Shown piece after piece: positions 10,788-23,806 of a stretch of 50,192 nucleotides of DNA; the first letter of the stretch is position 1, and every line of letters begins with the position of its first letter. Source of the DNA: Vezdaea acicularis (Eukaryota); NCBI GenBank assembly GCA_026025075.1, contig JAPEUI010000114.1:1-50192 (forward strand), in the 5' to 3' direction. The position numbers and the translations under genes were made by a program. Below the pieces are notes generated by a model. That model saw only the letters and a program-made list of their open reading frames with translations. It was not told the DNA's origin and ran no database searches.

Positions 10788-12974
10788 ATGAGTGTTGCTT
10801 TGCCCAAGATGACAGCGGTGGTACACCAGGACAAGTCAACTTCTGCATTAGAATACGCTCGTCAGGCCGAGCTTTTGTCTCAATTCACTCATGAACAAGA
10901 GAATGAAGAGACTGGAAATACCGCCGCTGTCGAAGCCAAATTTCTTACACCTCAGGACCCCGTTATAGCGACTGCCAATGGAGGTCGCCTACCTGCTGTC
11001 CCTCCAATTGAGGCCCATAAACTCAATCTGCTAAAGCATGAGATCGATAGCAATGAGGATCTTGAGAGTCAGCTTGAGAAGTTCAACGCAAAAGTCGCGG
11101 CTGATCAAAATGGCGATATCAATGGTGCAAGCCGTCGCTCATCTTCAAGCAACATTTCTGCCCCTCTTCGATACTCAATGTCCTCCACAAGAACTCACCC
11201 TCTCTTCCCGCCACTCCCGCTTTACGGACCACCAACACTCCTTCGAGATATTCAATGTATAGGCTTCCGAATATCGTCATTCTTTCTCTCCCTTGCTTTC
11301 TTGGGTATTATTGTGCTCGGCTCCCTATTCACAAGCATACCTTTGATGTTACGGCACATTGGTTTACGACTCACTTTCCAAAACCCCGATGCGCGTCGAC
11401 CATTTTATGAAGAGGAAGTAAGGAGAAGAGAAGCGAGGAGAGAGGCAGCCAAGAACTGGAAAAAGCAGCAGCGGCGGCGTAGAAGCTTAGATAAGATGGG
11501 AAATAATGAGAACGAAGACGGTACAAGGCAAAATGAGGACTATAAGCCAACTGAGGGGGGACAAGATCCAATAGTCTGCGATGTCGGCTATTATGCCCGA
11601 CGCGTTGGCCTGGATGTTGAGGAATTTAAAGTCCAAACAGAAGATGGCTTCATAATCAACTTGTGGCATGTCTACGATCCTCACGAATATACACCCGCGT
11701 CACCAGAAGCTAGGGAGCAAAAAGGCCCAGATATATTCCAAAAGGAGCTTTCTACGACTCCTGGCGCTGAGAGTGGCGATAAAAACTACAACCAAAAGAA
11801 GTTTAAATATCCAGTACTCATGATGCATGGCCTACTTCAAAGTGCCGGCGCATATTGCACAAACGATGATGATAGCTTGGCTTTCTTCTTGTGCAAGAGG
11901 TGAGCCCAATTCAGCCCCCTTTCGCCGACTAAGCTAACAACTACAAGCGGATATGATGTATGGCTTGGCAATAATAGATGTGGCTTTAAACCAGAGCATA
12001 CTATGCTTAATTACGGAGACCCTCGCATGTGGGCTTGGAATATACGACAGATGGGCATTATCGATCTCTCGGCCCTCATATCACGGGTGTTGACCGAGAC
12101 CGGATTTGCGAAGCTAGGTCTCGTATGCCATTCCCAAGGGACCACGGAGACCTTTGTTGCACTCGCCAAGGAGCAACGCCCCGAGCTTGGTGACCGAATC
12201 AGTGTTTTTTGCGCACTCGCTCCTGCAGTATATGCGGGCCCCTTGATTGGTAAGGCATATTTCAAATTCATGCGTGTCATCTCGCCCGGCTTTTTCCGTG
12301 TCATCTTCGGCATCCATGCCTTCATTCCCTTCATGATGACTTGCCATCGTATCCTTCCTGGAGGCCTCTACGGTGCAATGGGCTACCGCGTCTTCTCCTT
12401 CCTATTCAACTGGACGGACGACCGATGGGAGCGCGACCTCCGCGATCGCATGTTCCAGTTCGCACCCGTCTACGTCAGTGCTGAGAGCATGCGCTGGTGG
12501 CTTGGGCGTGAATGCTTCGCGAAGCAGAAGTGCATCCTCTCAACTAGAGAGGAGAACAAGCAAGAAGAACAGGAGGACCAAGAAGATGAGGAAGATTCGG
12601 AGGAAAATAGTCCCGCCCGACCGGTAGATGCAGATACGCGCCATGGCCGTCCCAAAGGTGCAAGAGCATGGTATAATGAGCACGCGCCGCCCTTTGCGAT
12701 GTGGGTTGCGGGTAGCGATGACCTTGTGGATGGGCGAAGACTACTCCGTCGTTTCGAGAAGGGCCGTGAGCCCTTTGTCGACGTTGTGCATGCAAAGGTT
12801 ATTGAGGAATACGAGCACCTAGATGTGATCTGGGCGATGGATATGATAGAGAAGGTAGGTAAGGAAATTAGAGACGTAATTTGGAAGACTTGCCCGGAAG
12901 AGGCGCGAGCCGTGTGTAGGGTACCCAATGGCGGTGAAGAAGTAGAGATATGGAAATCCAAGAAGCATGAGTGA
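10788..12974 (+). CDS. AB-hydrolase lipase / steryl ester hydrolase (Tgl1/Yeh family)
   Basis: VQTEDGF, MHGLLQS, GYDVWLGNNR across intron 11900-11947, nucleophile elbow HSQG, YEHLDVIW; N-terminal TM helix. Confidence 0.88.
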
Positions 12975-13495
12975 TGCATTAGAGGACGGTACTCGAATAC
13001 GAAATAGAGGATAGCGCACAAAGGGCATAGATAGAGTATTGAAGGAAGCATACAATACACGTGCAACAGGGTGGTATCATTGTTACGAAAAGCGAGTCTT
13101 TCAGGGCGTTAGAAGGTGGAATTTTATTCGTACACGAACTTTCACTTTGACGTGGACCGCTCTTAGAGAATCGGACAGGGGAAGTTAGTTGGTTCTATAT
13201 ATGCATCGAAGGCCTATGTTTTGAGTCCACTCCAGGAAGCGTCCATCTGTCATGTAACACGGTTAATGCACGAATGATAGAGGCCAATTTCGGAGATTTT
13301 CTGTGCTATCAGTCATTTACGTCTATTTACTTTTTTCATATACATACTGATTCATGAGGTCGGAATTTCCGTATTGCAATTATGCAAAAAAAGAGCAAGT
13401 ATCATGTAACAACGCCAAATGCCCCGATTCCCCCTCAATTGCGAGCCACCCAATGCAATCGCAGCAGCAGACCCACCGCCATTCCTTATGTTCTA

Positions 13496-15446
13496 CTAAG
13501 AGTACAACTTCTTATCGAAGCTGTGTAATCCATGCACGTTTCCTTCAGCCTGTGCGCTTGGGGTCCGTAATTCGAATCGAACCAATCCTTCCTGAACACC
13601 GTTTCGAAGCTCCGCTAAGCTCTTCACCCCGATATCTTGAAGCGAATGCTGTAGTCCGGCGATGAGATACGGTACGAATTTCGTCACAGATCTGTAGAGG
13701 TCAGATAAAAAGTAACTAGGCATGGACTGAATAGACTTACCCTCTGTCGAGCACAGAACCCGAAACTCCCTGAGCGACAAGGAGACGGTCACCTTCAGAA
13801 AAATATCGGGCTGTGCCCGCATTCTTTTGCTGTGTATTTTTGGCCCCAGAACCAGCCTTTTTGTCTTCCATTGCATCAATACTGCCCATGCCCCTATAGG
13901 CCTTGACGAGCTGTCCTTCTCGACTAACAAAGTAGTTGCCAGGTGATTCCGTTGTACCAGCTAGCAGTCCACCCATCATCACAGTGGAGGCTCCTAATGC
14001 AAGGCCTTTCACGATATGGCCGACATTTTGAATACCGCCGTCTGCGATGCATGGAACACCAAATCGAGAGGCGAACGACGTGACGTTGAAGACAGATGCA
14101 GCTTGTGGTCGTCCGACTGCCATCACTTCTTGAGTGATGCAAGCACTTCCACTACCCATCCCGATTCGCAGACCGTCAGCGCCGGCTGCTATCAGAGTAG
14201 CTGCCTGGTCTCTAGTCACGACGTTTCCGGCAATAACGTCAAGCCCTGTATACTTGTCCTTGATATATTTGATCATCTCAGCCTGGAATATGCTGTTCCC
14301 TTGGCTGCTATCAAGTACGACAATGTCCAAGCCGGCATCAACAAGTTTCTGTAACCGAATCTTATCGTCATCTCGAGTACCAATAGCTGCTGCACAAATA
14401 AGTTGCTTAGAATGTGGGAGCTTTGAGGCTAATGGGTAATGCAGATTTTTCATTAAGTCGGATCTCGACAGAAGCGAAATGAGGTTGCCCTGTTCGTCAA
14501 CAATTGGCAACTTGCCCTTTTTGGATTTGCTCAGGACAGCGTTGGCGTCTGTTAGCGTGGTTCCTGAGGGAGCGGTGACCAGTTCGGTCGACATGACGGC
14601 TGTTACAGGGTCATCGAGCATGGCGTGAAATTGGATATCGCGAGAAGTGATCATGCCGACCAACTTCGACCTGAGGGTACCCTCCTCTGAAAGATATATC
14701 TTACATTAGCGAGACTTCCAGAGAGATTCCGCTGGATACATCAAGAAAAGGGTGGGTGATCAGTACACAAAGATAATCCCCATGGCATTGCTGCCAATAC
14801 GGATGAACGAAAGTTATGGTGAAAAGGTTTATCATCATATTTAGCGAAGTGAGACAAATGAAGCACAAATAGTTCTTCTTACCAGTCACTGGAAATCCTC
14901 CAAAGCCCCATTTTTCCTTTAACTGTTTGGCTTCACCAACCGTCGTCGTTGGACTTAGTACCACAGGGTCAAGAATGAACCCGTTCTCGTATCTTTTGAC
15001 TTTCCGGACCATTTCTGCTTGATCTTCAGCAGAGCAGTTGTGATGAATAACTCCAAGGCCACCCAGAAGCGCCATGTAGATTGCCATCGAATGTTCTGTG
15101 ACAGTGTCCATCGGAGACGACACTAGGGGAGTCTTTAGAGCGATTCTCTTTGTGATTGGTGCATCTAAGACGACGTCGGAAGCAGGGAAGCCTATGAACT
15201 TATGAGAATCAATTTAAAGAATCAATCAAGCACGGCAAAAAGTTACGGACCAATATATCCAGGCAGAACAAGGAAGTCATTATAGGTCAATCCTCCATTC
15301 TTCGCGGAATTGAGTAAAGTCTTCGCATCTAGGCCATCGCGAGTAGCGTATTCGTTCTTCAAGACATCTAGTGCAGTGGCATAGTGGAGTACCTTGCTAT
15401 CCAGGGGTGCCTTCGCATTCGTAGCATCGCCGTTAGTGAGAGGCAT
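13496..15446 (-). CDS. IMD2: Inosine-5'-monophosphate dehydrogenase
   Basis: [24 protein letters not shown] pair, catalytic [25 protein letters not shown]; four introns. Confidence 0.97.
14758..14842 (-). ncRNA. snR54: Box C/D snoRNA, snR54-like (18S rRNA Am974 guide), in IMPDH intron
   Basis: Box C ATGATGA (14832-14838), box D CTGA (14760-14763), antisense TAACTTTCGTTCA complementary to the conserved 18S GAACGAAAGTTA; inside the one long (about 190 nt) intron; yeast snR54 sits in the IMD4 intron. Confidence 0.85.
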
Positions 15447-16186
15447 CTTGGGTCGAATGAAGGTCAAGCGAGCCCCGAAGTTACGCCCAGAGCAGTGGGA
15501 AGACGCCCTTCTCTTGCTTATAGGTGATATATATTGTACACAAGCCAGAAAACCTCAGCTCCCAAGATGAAGAATTGGATGTTCTCAAAACTCTTTTTTT
15601 CAACACCAACACGAAGGCGGTGTGATGGTAGCGTGTGGGGCGATATGCACCCTGCAGGCGAGGCGCGTGGATGGTGCCTAGGCCGTTTCGGTGCAGCTAA
15701 GCGAGTTTCCGTCTGTTGCTGGGACAACATGCGAAGTGTTTGCTAACCGCGACTTCCCCACCCTTGCATTGGCCAGAAGCAAGGCGGCGAATCCGATTGC
15801 TCCGCCGTGAGTCGCACACACATTATTGAGGCTTGTGCTCTTTCAAAGACCCTTCGTGCGTGCAAGAGGCTTCGGGCTATCTTACATTCCTCCTTCCACG
15901 TCCATTTCATTCCTGAGCTTGACAGGACCGCGTTCGCGAAAGCTTCCGTTTTCTATTCATTCACTGCGCGGTGCGCATTTCGAAACATCGTGACTATCGC
16001 AGTCGCACCTGCTGCTTTGGCCAGCATTGGAGGCCCTCAACAGTTACCGAGCGGCCTCGATATCGAGGCCGCATCACGGACCAACTCTAGCCGTTCTTCA
16101 AAGTCTGGCTATCCATTATCTCATACTCTTGCGAAACAATGCGGTGATCCTCAATTCAATCTAGCAACAACCAAATTCTAGAAGTC

Positions 16187-19100
16187 ATGTCGCATCATCA
16201 CCCTCTTCGACAAATACAGACTATCGACTATTCGACATCTACCTCTCCTGGCCGTCAACCCTCGAACGCGTCTACCAGCTCGTCCGCATATTCAACCTAC
16301 TCGAATCCATTCCCTCCTAGTCGCACGAGTACATTGTCATCTACGACGTCGAGTGGGTATATGGGCATTGGCCATAAGCGGGGCCTAAGTGAAACGGCTG
16401 GCATGATCACGTCGACAGTTTCTGAAGGACATACAAGCAATGAGAATAGTCCTAACGGAGCATGTCAGAGCAATCGACAATCACTTCGGTCACTTCCCCA
16501 AGCGCCGGGTCCATCTCCACCAGCCAGCAAGAGCAGTAAACCCCCACATAGCAGAGGACAGAGCGTAGACGCGAAAAGAGGGAGCATTTATGATGGAGGA
16601 CCTTACACCTCATCGACTCTATCCTCTGTACCATCCTCGGCGCTATCCACACAGTCCGCTTCCCGGCCACAATCGATGATTCTGAGTCGCGCAGACTCGG
16701 TGAATCGCAGTAGTACTTCCTCATATCGACCTCACAGTGCAGGGCATCATCAAAACCCATCAAACCAGTTAAGTGCACCGGACCTGCAATCTATGCAGAA
16801 GTCCGCCACTAGTCACCTCCGGACACTCTCCAAACTTAGGCAAGAAGGCACGGATGAAGATTTCTCGATCACATCTGCTCAAGAGGTAGTCGGTCTCCAT
16901 GGACGACGAAGGTTGCAGCGAACCGATTCTACCCGAGGGAGTAAAGGAACCGTCGGGTTTGCTAATGGCCGGATATCTGGGTTCGGAGAAAGGAACTGGA
17001 TGGACAAGCAACGTCAATTCCTCCAAGCATACGAGTATCTCTGTCATATCGGGGAGGCGAAAGAGTGGATCGAAGACGTACTTCAGCAACCGATACCTCC
17101 TATAGTACAACTTGAGGAAGCATTAAGAGACGGGGTAACATTAGCTGAAATCGTACAAACGCTATGCCCTAATCGGCCAGTGCGAATCTTTCGAAATCCG
17201 AAACTTCAGTATCGGCATTCAGACAACATTGCGCTTTTCTTCCGCTTCCTCGCAGAAGTTGAACTCCCTGAGCTATTTAGGTTTGAGCTTATTGATCTTT
17301 ATGAGAAGAAGAATATTCCTAAAGTCATCTACTGTGTTCATGCCTTGAGTTGGCTATTATACCGAAAAGGGATCCTGGACTTCCGAATTGGAAACCTCGT
17401 TGGTAAGCTAGAGTTTGAGCACCATGAGTTGGAAGAGATGCAGAAAGGGTTGGATCGAGCTGGTGTCAATATGCCAAGCTTCTCGGGCATGGGCGCATCT
17501 TTCGGGGAAGAGCCGGAGCCCGAGCCGGTTGAAACCGAGCAAGAACGCATTGATCGAGAGCTTGGTGAAATGGAACATTCTGTTGTTGAGCTACAAACCC
17601 AAATACGTGGTGCCGTTCTACGACTCAAACTCGCCCATCAAATGGAAGCTCTCTGGGACTCGGAGTATATGCTCACAGAGCTTCAATCCCGTATTCGTGG
17701 CGAATGGGCAAGACAGATATCCGACTATAGATTGGGTATGAAACGATTTTCTGAGAACCTTCAAAGTGCCGCGAGAGGATTTCTTGTTCGTTCAATGCAG
17801 AAGAATAGAGAGCAGTGGTGGAAGTGCAGGGAGAGTGACGTTTTGCTACTGCAAAGCCTTATCCGAGGACGGCGAGCTCGTCAGGAACTTGCAGCCATGA
17901 AGTCAGAGGTCAAGAAAGAGGAGTATAGTCTAAGAGAGCTGCAAGCGGCAGCACGAGGACTTCTTCAGAGACGTCGGCTTCAGGGGCAGGTTGAGGAGAC
18001 AAGATATGCTGACAACTCGGTCGAAGCCATTCAAGCAGCTGCTAGAGGGGCGCTTGTCCGATCACAAATTTCGACAGACCTTCATAACCTCGGGCAAGAA
18101 GAATCAATTGTAACTCAGTTGCAAGGTATCATGCGGGGCGTACTCCTTAGAAAATACTTGTCAGGAGTTGATGCCGGCTTGCGAGCAAAAACTGGATTGT
18201 GGCGGGCACTACAGGCTGTAGTGAGAGGCAGGAATGCTAAGATAGCCTTTTGTGCTCTCAAGGAGCAACTAACGGCGCAGAATCAGTCTGTTGTGAAGGT
18301 CCAAGCTGCAGTCCGAGCCATGGAAGTAAGGAAAGAAGTAGTTGCTACACAGGATGAGCTTAGTAGGTGCCAAGGCTCAATAGCAAAAGCTCAAGCAGCG
18401 ATTCGAGGTTTCATCTTACGGTCTCAGATCTCTCAAGATTTGGACGCTTTGGAAGGCCATACCACTTCCATCGCTAAGCTGCAAGGCCTTGCGATGGGCA
18501 GTCTTTTGAGATGGTATCAAAACGACCTTTTGTCTGGCCTCGAGTCGCAAACGCCAGAAATTACTGCTCTCCAAGGCTTGGCCCGAGCAATGCTCCTGCG
18601 CGATCAGGTCGGCGGTTTACTTGGTCAGCTTGACGCAGAAGAGGAGTTCATCATTGAAATGCAAGCGGCAGCTCGCGGGCTGCTAGTAAGGAGAAAGTTT
18701 GCTGAGAAGAAAAGGTATTTTAAAGAAAACATGAAAAAAGTTGTCAAAATCCAGAGTTTCATCCGTGGTCGGCAACAAGGGGAAGCCTACAAGAGCCTCA
18801 CGAGCGGCAAGAATCCACCGGTTGGGACAATCAAGGGCTTCGTACATCTGCTAAATGATAGCGATTTTGACTTCGACGAAGAGATCGAATTCGAACGGCT
18901 AAGGAAAACAGTCGTCCAGCACGTGCGGCAAAATGAAATGGCTGAGCAATACATCGATCAGTTGGACATCAAAATCGCTTTGCTAGTAAAGAACAAGATC
19001 ACACTTGATGAAGTAATCAAGCACCAGAAGCACTTTGGTGGTCATGTTGGGAATTTACTCTCCAGTGCTGATATGTCGTCGAAAGATCCGTTCGACCTAA

Positions 19101-21370
19101 AAGCGCTCAACAAGAACTCGCGGAGGAAGTTGGAACACTATCAGCAGCTCTTTTTCATCCTTCAAACTCAGCCGCAGTATCTCGCTCGACTCTTCAAACG
19201 GATCCGAGAGCAGGGAACTGGCGAGAAGGATTGCAAGCAGATTGAGAACCTTATGATGGGTCTTTTTGGATATGCACAAAAGCGCCGTGAGGAATACTAC
19301 CTTCTGAAGCTTATTGCTAGATCTGTGAGAGAAGAAGTGGACGGCTGCGAATCTATTCAGGATTATTTGAGAGGCCACTTCTTCTGGGGCAAACTCTTGA
19401 ACGGCTACATTCGCTCTCCTCGAGATCGAAAGTTCTTACGCGATTTGTTATCCCCACTTGTTAAAGAGAACATCTTGGATAACCCCGAGTTAGATCTGGA
19501 AAGTGACCCAATGCAGATCTACCGAGCGGCAATTAACAATGAAGAACTTCGAACAGGCAGGCAGAGTCAGCGCGTACCTGATATCGCGCGAGAGGAGGCA
19601 ATCAGAGACCCAGAAACCCGGGAGACATTCATTCATCACTTACAGGATCTACGAGATATCGCAGATCAATTCTTAGCGGCGCTTGAAGAGCTATTGCATA
19701 AAGTCCCTTATGGCCTTCGCTATCTTGCGCAGCAAATGTACGAGTCTATATGTGCGCATTTCCCATACGAAAATCCACAACACATTCTTCAGATCGTTGG
19801 ACATTGGGTATGGAAGAGCTATCTCCAGCCCGCACTCACCCAGCCTGAGACATGGGGTGTTGTAGAACGGGCTTTGGCACCACTACAAAAGCGAAACCTT
19901 GGCGAAGTGGCTAAGGTGCTAGGCCAGATCGCCGCTGGGAGACTATTTGGAGGCGACAATGTCTACCTACAGCCTCTGAATAGCTACGTTGGCGAGTCGA
20001 TAGAACGTCTGGAGGTTATCTGGGGCAACCGTAAGCTGAAGGTCATATCAGTGATCTGCAGGATGCTAACTATTGCTTATAGTGATATCGGTCCAGGATG
20101 CTGAGGCTCAATTTGACATTGATGAATTCAACGACCTTTACGCCCGGACTAAGCCAACATTGTATATCAAAATGGCTGATATATTTGCTATCCATCAACT
20201 CATCGCCGCCGATATCGCTTATATCTGTCCTAGTAGGGACGATGTGCTTCGAGAAATCGTTACCGAGCTTGGGAGTGCGAATAACAACAAAGAGGAGATG
20301 ATGGGAATCAATTCGAATGAGGTCAGATTGACCCTGAATCCTAAGCTTCATGATGTCGAAGGTAAGTTGTCAGAAACATAGGAGAAATGGAGATAGGTAT
20401 CTAACTAGATCTAGATCCCGACGCAGAAGTAAAAGCCCTCTTCATGGAGACGAAACGGTGTATCCTATACATAATCCGTATTCAGTCCGGCCCGAACCTT
20501 ATGGATATCCTTGTCAGGCCAATCTCGATGGAGGACGAAGAGCGATGGGCCGAATTACTACAAGAAGAGCTCCTATCCGACCAGGGCAAGCGGAGAGGTG
20601 CTTACTCCGAAGCCACCACACTCGTTGACATAAGTGCTATGTCGTACGCTGAGCTTAAACGTACAGCACTTGAGAACATCTTACGCCTCGAGCAGTTCGG
20701 GCGTCTTACCCGGCACAACCAATATCAAGACCTCCTGAACGCAATTGCAGTTGATATCCGGACGAAGCATCGCCGGCGAATACAGCGCCAACGCGAGCTC
20801 GAAGGCGTCAAATTGACGCTTGGGAATCTGAACGAGAAAGCGCTTTGGCTGGAGTCACAACTGAAGAGCTACAATGATTATATAGAGCAGGCCATGATAA
20901 CCTTGCAGAACAAGAAAGGGTAAGCACTTACATCCGGTGAGAGGATTAGCGAAGCAAGCTGGCTAATGTTTCTCAGCAAAAAACGATTCCTACTCCCCTT
21001 CACCAAACAATATAACCACGTCCGCGAACTCCAGCGCTCCGGTCGCGTGCCTAAATTCGGCTCCTTCAAATACTCCGCCCGCGCTCTTTTCGAAAAGGGT
21101 GTCCTTGTTGCCTATACCGGCTACTCCGATAGGCAGTACGACAAGATTAACATCACGATCTCCTCGGACGAGATAGGAGTCTTCTTCATCGAAGGTAGCA
21201 TGGGGAGCATTCAAATGCCTGGAGCGAGCGCTCAGGTGCCATTGGACGATCTGTTGCAGGCGCAGTTCGAGAGACAGCAGTTTATGCAGATGTGGGACGG
21301 AGGCGCATTACGACTGAACGTTAACTTGTTTTTGCATTTGGTGTTCAGGAAATTCTATCGGGACGAGTAA
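16187..21370 (+). CDS. IQG1: IQGAP-related cytokinesis protein (CH domain, IQ repeats, RasGAP, RasGAP_C)
   Basis: QAYEYLCHIGEAKEWIE CH domain, many LQAAARG-type IQ motifs, LFFILQTQPQYLARL, FGSFKYSA; introns 20031-20082, 20362-20414, 20920-20976. Confidence 0.93.
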
Positions 21371-21665
21371 GGGGGTTTCAAGGGTGGTAAACATGATAGT
21401 TGGCTGTACATACTTAGGCTAGCGCTAAGATATGCATATGTTGGGTCAAAGATGGGTCTTGCATTTTGCAGGCGCACTTGACAAAGACCCCCTTAGACCT
21501 TGGTAGCAACACAAAAGACCTCGACGCTGGCTGTTTGCAATCAGTATATGGTGACTTCATCGGCCATAGCCCACGTAAGGCGTGATCTAGAAACTCAGGT
21601 TTGGTCTAAGAAGTTACATGATATCTTTTTCATATGTTGAGCGCTTGTGTCTTAGCATTACTAAG

Positions 21666-22554
21666 CTACGGAAGCTGCAGAGCTCTCTTGCTCAGCGGAA
21701 CGTCATTATTCGTGATTTTTGCGACAAAAGTAGGATCAGGATCGTAGAGCATGACGTGGAAGTGCTCAACAGCGTGGATAGACTTTAGAGATGTCCAATT
21801 CTTGAACCATATGAGCTGCAGTAGAATTAGTAACCAAATTCGAACTCGGATTGGGATGCTTCCTCTGAATAACTCACATTCTCTGGAGGCACTTCACGGC
21901 GGAAAGTCTTGTCCACGAAGTTATCGATCTCCGCTCTTGCTTTAGGGGTAAGATCATCTGTTATGGGATCACTCTCAAGGTCAAACTTGGTCCAGATCAC
22001 CAAGTGAACTATCTTCTCATCGACACCGTACGGCCAATCATTCCACAGGATCTTGATGTCTTCTGTACAGCACAGATGGGGTAGGAGTTAGCCAGCCACT
22101 CAATTGTGTCCGATTGAGACATCATGATTAGTCCAGGCGTGGAGCTGACCTGGATCGCCAAAAGGGGTCGAGCTGCGTGGCGCGAGATCCTTCCAATGAA
22201 GGCGCTCGTTCTGCACAAAGTTCATCACGGATCCATACTGCTGTGTTAGGCTCCAGGTGTACGCCCGGTAACGCCGGAGGTCAGAGGGAACCCTTTGAAA
22301 GAGGTCGATGCGGTTGCGGCCTGCGGCTTTATTATCAGCGAAGCTTCACGCATAGTGGCCACAACGGAGGCAATAGTACTAATTATGTCTTTGACCTCCG
22401 GCCACGTCTGCCGGTGGTAGTCCTCATCTCTGGTACTGATGATACCACGGTCCTTGTCACTAACATTTTTGAGAAAGTCGGGGCACTTGTCCGGCCAGCT
22501 TTCGCGGGGCAGATTGACACACCAAAATGGCAGGTTTTCTTCATCCACAGCCAT
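21666..22554 (-). CDS. DUF3605 / GlcNAc-induced protein 1 (Gig1)-like
   Basis: Spliced reading gives TWPEVKDII, NRIDLFQRVPSDLRRY, KILWNDWPYG, HLVIWTKF, WFKNWTSLKSIHAVEHFHV; three short introns; start may be 22569. Confidence 0.8.
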
Positions 22555-23806
22555 CTTGAGCCACTCCATTAACCTAGATCAGCGCACGGTGTCGATGGAG
22601 AGACATGAAGACGTGGTTAATGTGCTAGCTGTTTGTCAACCTGGCAGACTGCCGATAGGGTGAAGAAGGCTCCACCCGCACGAGAACCGCCTTCCGCCTT
22701 TTCGTTTTCCTGCAGGAACCATGCCCGTCGTGCATCCCTCGCCGACCAAAATAATGACCGCAATCTCCAAATACCTGACGGGCCGCTGAGGCTCGGGATG
22801 GTTAGTCCGTACCACGTGTTACTAGTCGCTCGTACCGCAGTACATCAGCACGGACCGTAAGGCTGGGCGATAAGATGCACGCATTGGACAACTCATGACG
22901 CAACAATTCATCCATGGTCTGCTCCTCCCATATCCCTGCGCGCGGGGCCGACTTCCTTTAAGTCTCACTCGGAGCTCCGGCCTAGAGTGCCAAGTGCTGT
23001 CTCACGCTTGTTGCTATGTTGAAACAACATAGAAAGCGCTTTCCTAAGCTAGGCAAAACTCCCGCTCTCTGACCTCTGAGTCGTGTTCAACGACAACTAG
23101 ACGCACGCATGTCATTCATCGAGAAGCTCAAATACAATCCGGACGACCCCAATGGTGGAGCCAAACCAGAAGAGCTCCAATCTCATCCCGGGGACGATCC
23201 ATGGCGAGGCCCCGCAATGCTAGTATCGTGGGGGTTACCATCGTTGGCCAAGGCTCCGTAAATGCCTCATCCGATGCTACCATACCGCACATGATGGACC
23301 GGCACGAGCCACACTGTGCCCTATCGCATCAGATAAAACGTGACTGAATCAACCTTTCCATGGAAACGGCCGTCGAATATCGGCCATGCATTGTATGGCG
23401 CCATTAGATCCTTACCCGAGGATAGGAGCGGCTGTGCGATTGTTGTTGACGATTGCCATGCCACTCGCGATGGCAACACCATATCATAGCTGGCCTGCAC
23501 AGACTGGACCGTATTCGCTCAGTTTCAACAACTCTGTTCGAAGGTCCACACGTTTCGGACTTTCTTCGAAACGTAATCGCTCCTACCTTAGCATCCCCTC
23601 TTAAGGTCTCGAGTCCCTCTCATCGTCGATGGTGCCAAGAAATAGGCCCTTTTCCTTATGATACCTATCCAGCCATTGCCATTTAACCTCTGGGTCTGAC
23701 AGCTTCTGCTTGTGTGTGACTGAGGTCGCACCTGAGCCATCTCGTTGAGGTCTTTCCGCTTTGTTTGGTTTCAATATCCGCCTTCCTCAAATTCGTCTCA
23801 ATCACA

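Noticed and set aside
13496..15446. IMPDH as a mycophenolic-acid self-resistance gene in a biosynthetic cluster
   Set aside because: It has the housekeeping KAYRGMGS motif, hosts the snoRNA, and there is no PKS or prenyltransferase nearby
15807..16181. 124-aa ORF before IQG1
   Set aside because: Non-ATG start and no motifs; probably 5' UTR
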